Source of the DNA: Alkanindiges sp. WGS2144
GTDB lineage: Bacteria; Pseudomonadota; Gammaproteobacteria; Pseudomonadales; Moraxellaceae
DNA length: 32,000 nt
Assembly: GCF_043950625.1 (NCBI RefSeq)
Contig: NZ_CP171007.1
Direction: 5' to 3' (one strand)
The notes beneath the pieces are model-generated. The model saw only the letters and a list, made by a program, of their open reading frames with translations, did not search any database and was not told the DNA's origin. This document shows positions 25,403-32,000 of this stretch, one piece after another (the first letter of the stretch is position 1; each line of letters begins with the position of its first letter). The position numbers and the translations under genes are program-made.

Positions 25403-25615
25403 TTAGGGGGGATTACCGTCTAATGTCATCAAAATCGCGATCAAGTTTTCTAATGTGACCTGTCCCGCTTCTGCATTCATCACAACTTTTCTAGAGACTC
25501 CTGTGTGTTGAGCTACCTCCAGTTGTGTCAGATTTAAGTTGAGTCTAGCTCTTTGTAATCTTTGCCCTAACTCAATAGCAAGAGCATGCGCTGTCTTAGA
25601 ATTATGCCGTGTCAT
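25403..25615 (-). CDS. XRE-family HTH transcriptional regulator (antitoxin-like; 3' end possibly altered by IS insertion)
   Basis: LGQRLQRARLNLNLTQLEVAQHTGVSRKVVMNAEAGQ is a Cro/C1-type HTH. The stop codon lies 8 nt from the end of the IS remnant. Confidence 0.7.
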   Translation of the reverse strand: MTRHNSKTAHALAIELGQRLQRARLNLNLTQLEVAQHTGVSRKVVMNAEAGQVTLENLIAILMTLDGNPP

Positions 25616-26115
25616 GTAAAGTCACCTATATGGTACTTAGATCGCTGAAATACCAATTAAAGTTCAATTTAAGGCACTTTAGAACATAGCTTATTTGAGC
25701 TATTTGATACCATATTTTTCATAAAATTTGACTACTAAATTTTAGTCCTACTTTTCATTTCACTTAGCATTTGTACACCTCATGAGCCGATTCTTAGAAA
25801 TATTTGGCTCAAAGAACCTAGATAACCAATCGCAACAATAGATTTAAACTTCATACTAAATTTAGAAGTTAACCATTTTTTTGAAGTTTCAAACAAAATT
25901 AATTTTTAAAAATTCAACCCTGCTATTTTAGTCTAGACAACATATTTTCAAATGTGATGAACATCTAAAGAAATTATGTGCGCTAAAAATTTATAAACTA
26001 TGTAGCTATAGGATTAAAAATGTTTAATGTAGTACAAAAATTTTGGGGTTACTTACCCTCTTCTCTCAAACAAAGTTTTTTATCTTTTAATGCTGAATAA
26101 GGTTGGGAGAATAAT

Positions 26116-26328
26116 ATGGGAATCATTATAGATCTCGCCAATACAGAACGTCGAGTTTCTACAGCAGAATTTGCTTTGCGTATGAATATCAGTGAAAAAG
26201 AACTCTATCAACGTATTAAAGATGGGCGTATACAAGCACCTATCAAGGATGGTCGTAAAAATTTTTGGCTAAATAGTTATGTACTTGCATGTATCACTAG
26301 CACGGAAATGTATATTGATACCCTTTAA
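26116..26328 (+). CDS. AlpA/excisionase-like small HTH DNA-binding protein
   Basis: The 70-aa sequence RRVSTAEFALRMNISEKELYQRIKDGRIQAPIKDGRKNFWLNSYVLACI matches the AlpA/Xis pattern (HTH, then 'P.K.G.R...W....V..W'). GGGAGA SD. A terminator follows. Confidence 0.6.
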   Translation: MGIIIDLANTERRVSTAEFALRMNISEKELYQRIKDGRIQAPIKDGRKNFWLNSYVLACITSTEMYIDTL

Positions 26329-26339
26329 GAGCAATAAAA

Positions 26340-26372
26340 TAAAAAAGGTCGCTAAAAATAGCGACCTTTTTT
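26340..26372. terminator. Bidirectional rho-independent terminator
   Basis: Stem AGGTCGCT / AGCGACCT (26346-26353 / 26360-26367), preceded by AAAAAA and followed by TTTTTT. Confidence 0.75.
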
Positions 26373-26468
26373 ACAACAAAATATTTTGTGAGTAACACTG
26401 TGAGTAACTTATAAAAATAAAATAAATAAATCTATAAATTACAAAGAATTACCAACAGCATAGGCAGA

Positions 26469-28115
<1,647 letters not shown>

Positions 28116-28158
28116 CTAAATTCTATGTTTTTCAAGTAGATGTTGACAGATGACGAAG

Positions 28159-28452
28159 TTAGCCTTCGAGCACTGCAAAAATATCGGATTCTTTCATGAT
28201 CAGCAGCTCTTCGCCGTCTACCTTAACGGTTGAGCCGGCATACTGACCAAACAGTACTTTGTCGCCTACTTTTACATCGAGGGCGCGAACACCATTATCA
28301 GTAATTTGTCCATTACCTACTGCCAGCACCTCACCCTGAGATGGCTTTTCAGCAGCTGAGCCAGGCAGCAAAATACCACCAGCGGTTTTGGTTTCTTCTT
28401 CAACACGACGAATAACCACGCGGTCGTGTAATGGACGAATATTGATACTCAT
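28159..28452 (-). CDS. groES: Co-chaperonin GroES (Hsp10)
   Basis: 97 aa, [37 protein letters not shown].... AAGGAG SD upstream of the ATG at 28452; the track start 28494 is an unsupported extension. Confidence 0.97.
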   Translation of the reverse strand: MSINIRPLHDRVVIRRVEEETKTAGGILLPGSAAEKPSQGEVLAVGNGQITDNGVRALDVKVGDKVLFGQYAGSTVKVDGEELLIMKESDIFAVLEG

Positions 28453-28540
28453 GATGCAGATTCTCCTTGATAAACACTTTTTTGTGCCAAACACTAGTGA
28501 TTCCAGCAGCTTTCTACTGAAATTTAATTTGTTGAAGCAT

Positions 28541-28570
28541 CAATAGGGATATAAACTCAGGCTTCAAGGG
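28541..28570 (-). promoter_or_regulatory. Sigma-32 (heat-shock) type promoter of groES-groEL
   Basis: The minus strand reads CCCTTGAAG-(13-14 nt)-TCCCTATTG. The remembered RpoH consensus is CCCTTGAA-N13-15-CCCCATNT. The promoter lies about 90 nt upstream of the groES start. Confidence 0.6.
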
Positions 28571-28625
28571 TAAACATGAAAAAATTTTGTATATTTGCAT
28601 GTTTTTTATCCTATTAATCATACAC

Positions 28626-29402
28626 TCAGGCCTGCCATAATATTTTTTTGTATAAAAAGCGATTCTGGCAGAGATCATAGTCATAACGCTGTACCGTCAT
28701 TTCATTGCTAATCACATTGACCGAGTTAGGAAAGTGATGACGAATACGGTGCGACAAGGCAGTTCCAGCCTGAATCCCCAGTACTGCATGAGACTGCCTC
28801 AGCTGAAAGCATATATTAAGATCATATACGGTGGGTTCATGCAGATGTCCATGCAGCAGCGCATTCAAGCCAAAATACGACCAGCGCCTTAACGCCGGCA
28901 GCATCAGGCGGGGAATATCCTCAATAGCCTTGTGATTAGATGGATTAACCATAAAAGGCTGGTGAGTCACCACAATTTTATATTTATGCGCAGGTGCAAG
29001 CTGCAGTTGACGGCTGACCTGCTCAATCTGGGCAGGGGAAATGCTGCCTTTGGTATGGTGGTGTGCTGCAATGGTATTCACACCAATCACTATAAAATGC
29101 GGTGTTTCACACACCGGCTCCAGCACTCCAAAGCACTGCTTAAAACGGTAAAAAGGCCGCCAGATGCGCCTGGGTAGATGAAACAGCGGAATATCATGGT
29201 TGCCGGGAATTACCAGATACGGGCAATTCAGGCTTTCCAGAAAATGTTTAGCGCGAACAAACTGCCAGTGCCTTGCCCGCTGCGTTACATCACCACTCAC
29301 CACCACCAGCTCCGGCTGAAGCTCCTGACACAGGCGTTGCAAGGCAAGCACCTGTTGGGCCTGCTCAGTGCCAAAGTGTAAGTCAGACAGATGCAGCAGC
29401 AT
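28626..29402 (-). CDS. Metallophosphoesterase (calcineurin-like phosphoesterase)
   Basis: I placed the start at MLLHLSDLHFG (29402). Metal-binding motifs are present: DLH, GD(V)TQ, GNHD, and HGHLH near the C-terminal half. It overlaps the upstream lipid kinase gene by 20 nt. Confidence 0.85.
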   Translation of the reverse strand: MLLHLSDLHFGTEQAQQVLALQRLCQELQPELVVVSGDVTQRARHWQFVRAKHFLESLNCPYLVIPGNHDIPLFHLPRRIWRPFYRFKQCFGVLEPVCETPHFIVIGVNTIAAHHHTKGSISPAQIEQVSRQLQLAPAHKYKIVVTHQPFMVNPSNHKAIEDIPRLMLPALRRWSYFGLNALLHGHLHEPTVYDLNICFQLRQSHAVLGIQAGTALSHRIRHHFPNSVNVISNEMTVQRYDYDLCQNRFLYKKILWQA

Positions 29403-30327
29403 GCGGCACCATGACCCGTAACGCATCATGCGCTACCTTAAAAATCAGCGGAGTGGTTAAATGGATAATCTCCCCATCCACTGCTACTTTTATGCGCCTG
29501 ACCCGTGCTTCAATTTTGATTTCTGTCGCACAAAAACTACTGACTTCAGGCGCATGTTCAATCTGGCCAGTCTGCAAGCGATGGATTAGCTTGATCTTTT
29601 GCCAGCGTGTTAATGGGGTTACTGCCACCGCAGCCAGCTTACCCTGTGCGGCACAATGTGCCAGTGCCAGCTTAAGATGATGCAATTGCAACTGGTTATT
29701 GCCAAAAAATACCAGTGGGGTTTCAAGCGGTACTTGCTGCCCATCCACATTTAGCCTGAGTTTTAGTTTTTTTTGCTCACGCATGAGCACCCCTAAGCCT
29801 GACAACATAGCCACTGCCCGAAAACGGCCAAACCGGGCATTAGAAGCTTCACGCTGCTCAATAATTTTGGGATATAAGCCAATACTGGCATTATTTAAAT
29901 ACACATGATCATTCACACAGCCCAGGTGTATGGTCTGCTGCTGCCCCTTAATAATGACCTGTGCGGCTGCCAGCGGATTGAGCGGGATATTTAGCGCACG
30001 CGCCACATAATTAAAGGTACCCAGAGGAATAATTCCCAGACACACCTTACTATATCTCAATATCTGAGCCACAGCATTCAGGGTACCATCCCCACCCGCC
30101 ACCACAATCAGGCCGCCTTGCTGCTCATGCCGGCTTAACGCCTGCTGTACCACTTGCTTTAACTGCTGGCACTCAGTAAGCACATATAAATCCACTTCAA
30201 AATGATACTGCTTAAAATAAGCAACCAGCTGATGCGCCAAACGCATATATCCCTGCGCATGATGCCCGGCACTACTATTGATCAGCAGTGAAATCAGCAG
30301 CTTGTCTGGTAAACTTATCGGCATCAT
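29383..30327 (-). CDS. Diacylglycerol-kinase-family lipid kinase (YegS/BmrU-like)
   Basis: GGDGT motif (VVAGGDGTLNAV), an N-terminal LLINSSAG segment and GTFNYVARAL, all typical of the DAGK catalytic domain family. Confidence 0.85.
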   Translation of the reverse strand: MMPISLPDKLLISLLINSSAGHHAQGYMRLAHQLVAYFKQYHFEVDLYVLTECQQLKQVVQQALSRHEQQGGLIVVAGGDGTLNAVAQILRYSKVCLGIIPLGTFNYVARALNIPLNPLAAAQVIIKGQQQTIHLGCVNDHVYLNNASIGLYPKIIEQREASNARFGRFRAVAMLSGLGVLMREQKKLKLRLNVDGQQVPLETPLVFFGNNQLQLHHLKLALAHCAAQGKLAAVAVTPLTRWQKIKLIHRLQTGQIEHAPEVSSFCATEIKIEARVRRIKVAVDGEIIHLTTPLIFKVAHDALRVMVPHAAASV

Positions 30328-30563
30328 TGTTTCATCTGTTTATACTATGAAATGTCTAACTATTGACTAATATCTCTCACCATTAAAGAGTGTTTTAAGC
30401 ATTCCAACCAGATATCATTTATTTTAATTTGTTGTAATTTATGCAAAACTATAAACTATTATTTTAATAACCTTTTTACACATCCTTGCTTGAAAAAATC
30501 TCTGCTCTCCCAATAATGAATACATAGAACGATTTAAACCCAATTTAAAGATAAAACCGGCTT

Positions 30564-31511
30564 ATGACTGAACATTCTCAATCTCCCCAATTCATTACCG
30601 TGGATCAGGAACACCTTGGCGGCCATGCAGTACACTGGCAACTACTGTCTACGCAACCCGATATCGATGTCCCAAAATGGTTGCAGCAAGCATTAACTGA
30701 TGCAAATATGCCCTACGGTTTAAACCATGATAGCGGTCATTTGCCTCAAGACAGCTGGCTGATTAACGGGCCAGATCAAATGATACAGATCAGCCAGCTG
30801 ATTAAAGTAAATTCTCAGCAACAACCAGTTAATTTGCTGACTGCTTTTCCCATCGTAAATAGTCCTTATACGATTCAGGGCACTATAAAACAAATTATTT
30901 GCTGTAAGGAAGCCATGCAGGCAGTACTTAATATTAGTACCAGCGATAATGCCACTATTTATGCGTTTGATAATCTATATACCGTGAATCAAAACCAGTA
31001 TAAACAGGATCAGGTTTATAATATTGAGCTGGGTGGTTTTGCCTATGGACTGGAAACAGTAAAACCGGGCGAAACCATCGTTGTTGATGACCCAGCTGCC
31101 ATTAAGCACCATCGTGCCCTTAATGAAATTCTGGCTAACAATAACGGCATAGTACCTGATGACCTACAAGCCCAGATTGCGGCCTGGCAACCTCAAACTG
31201 AAGAAGATAAAGCACCAGTAACCCTGGATTTATCCAAAATGGTGGCGTATTTATATGGTGACCATTTAGGACAGGAAGACGAGGCCTGGTTTCAGGGAGA
31301 AATTCTGGGTTTATCGCAAACTAATTTTATGGATAAAACCATCGATTTAATTGATGTTGTCATCATTCGTGAACAGAATACTAAACCAGTAGTTATCCGA
31401 TTAGCTTATTTAAATTCTGACAAACAGACTAATTCTTTCAATGTAGGCGATTATATTCGCGGAAATATATGGATTCAGGCTACTATTTATGCTACTAATA
31501 CTCGTGAATAA
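30564..31511 (+). CDS. Hypothetical 315-aa protein, no recognisable family
   Basis: A long ORF in an otherwise empty region after a 236-bp AT-rich divergent promoter region. No signal peptide or TM segment. Gln/Asn-rich. Confidence 0.7.
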   Translation: MTEHSQSPQFITVDQEHLGGHAVHWQLLSTQPDIDVPKWLQQALTDANMPYGLNHDSGHLPQDSWLINGPDQMIQISQLIKVNSQQQPVNLLTAFPIVNSPYTIQGTIKQIICCKEAMQAVLNISTSDNATIYAFDNLYTVNQNQYKQDQVYNIELGGFAYGLETVKPGETIVVDDPAAIKHHRALNEILANNNGIVPDDLQAQIAAWQPQTEEDKAPVTLDLSKMVAYLYGDHLGQEDEAWFQGEILGLSQTNFMDKTIDLIDVVIIREQNTKPVVIRLAYLNSDKQTNSFNVGDYIRGNIWIQATIYATNTRE

Positions 31512-31551
31512 TTCTTATTTGAATATTTTAATGATTTTATGAGTGCAGGTA

Positions 31552-31689
31552 ATGAAAATTATACGTGAATCCGCTCAGCAACAACTGGTTCAATCTATCG
31601 ATAAGCTGGCGATTGATAAACCTGCCTGCCTGTTTTTTATTATTGGCATGATCCTCGCTGCCTGTTTTTTGCAACTTCTATTTTCCTGA
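31552..31689 (+). CDS. Possible 45-aa single-pass membrane mini-protein
   Basis: MKIIRESAQQQLVQSIDKLAIDKPACLFFIIGMILAACFLQLLFS, a polar N-terminus followed by one hydrophobic helix. It starts 41 nt after the 315-aa ORF and has a weak SD (GCAGGT). It is below the ORF-track length cutoff and was found by reading the sequence. Confidence 0.3.
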   Translation: MKIIRESAQQQLVQSIDKLAIDKPACLFFIIGMILAACFLQLLFS

Positions 31690-31773
31690 GTATTAAATAA
31701 TTTATGGGGTATTTTAAATGCCCTGTTTATACCTGCCAGAATCCAAGCACCTACTCATCAATTGTTAAACCAT

Positions 31774-31806
31774 AAAAATGCCCACAATATCGTGGGCATT
31801 TTTGGC
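31774..31806. terminator. Bidirectional rho-independent terminator
   Basis: Stem ATGCCCAC / GTGGGCAT (31778-31785 / 31792-31799) with an A-run before and TTTTT after. It lies between convergent genes. Confidence 0.75.
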
Positions 31807-31817
31807 ATGCACTTAAA

Positions 31818-32000
31818 TTATTCAGTCATGTCCAGTACGCGCTGGAACAGGTCTTTTTGTTCCTGGCTTGGACGCGCAGTTTGTAGCGCCATCAGCTGGC
31901 TCATATCACCCTGCACCTTGATTTTTCCGGTCATAAACGCCTGCATGGCTGCTGCCATATCAAACTCTAAAAACACCTTGCGCAGGGTTTCTTCGTCCAT
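31818..32000 (-). CDS. SCP2 sterol-binding-domain protein, C-terminal 60 codons (5' part outside window)
   Basis: ...MQAFMTGKIKVQGDMSQLMALQ... matches the C-terminal SCP2 pattern G-K-[LI]-K-[IV]-x-G-[ND]-M. The Met at 32000 coincides with the window edge, so it is probably internal. Confidence 0.65.
   Translation of the reverse strand: MDEETLRKVFLEFDMAAAMQAFMTGKIKVQGDMSQLMALQTARPSQEQKDLFQRVLDMTE

Noticed and set aside
25249-25458. 69-aa plus-strand ORF
   Set aside because: It is the antisense shadow of the truncated IS3-family orfA, whose minus-strand translation (MKTSRFTDSQILSILKQAESGTPV...) is an unmistakable transposase N-terminus.
26020-26100. 26-aa ORF (MFNVVQKFWGYLPSSLKQSFLSFNAE) with an AGGA SD just upstream of the AlpA-like gene
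   Set aside because: It is too short and featureless to support as a gene from sequence alone, and it lies in very AT-rich DNA where such ORFs arise by chance.

Overview
This 32-kb chromosomal window looks like it comes from a Moraxellaceae/Acinetobacter-like gammaproteobacterium. That call is an inference from gene content and protein sequences and cannot be verified here.

Left third (catabolic and housekeeping):
- the 3' part of an OprB-type porin;
- the membrane PQQ glucose dehydrogenase gcd, which carries an unusual Thr/Ser-rich insertion;
- a DUF4112 membrane protein and tRNA-Ser(UGA);
- a minus-strand operon encoding a 1019-aa MFE-2-like enzyme (SDR + hydratase-2 + three tandem SCP2 domains), an SCPx-type thiolase and a predicted metal-dependent hydrolase, with a divergent TetR regulator.

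Middle:
- a stand-alone RND permease with no MFP/OMF partner;
- a 406-aa lipoprotein, a LuxR-family regulator, a 651-aa trimeric autotransporter adhesin and a 79-aa orphan;
- three promoter regions here share an ATCCCCAAAT-NN-GGAT near-palindromic box.

Right:
- an AT-richer accessory segment: a TetR gene with two perfect 22-bp operator copies, an unknown 188-aa protein, an SDR and an alpha/beta hydrolase;
- an intact IS3-family element abutting a truncated second IS3-family element;
- an XRE HTH gene and an AlpA-like gene;
- groES-groEL with a sigma-32-type promoter, a lipid-kinase/metallophosphoesterase pair, a 315-aa orphan and the 3' end of an SCP2-domain gene.

I saw no CRISPR array, rRNA, or recognisable canonical defence or toxin system.

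The best candidates for something undescribed are:
1. the shared-box LuxR/adhesin/lipoprotein/orphan cluster;
2. the eukaryote-like MFE-2 with triplicated SCP2 domains and its thiolase partner.

Both rest on reading the sequence by eye and need database and experimental checks.
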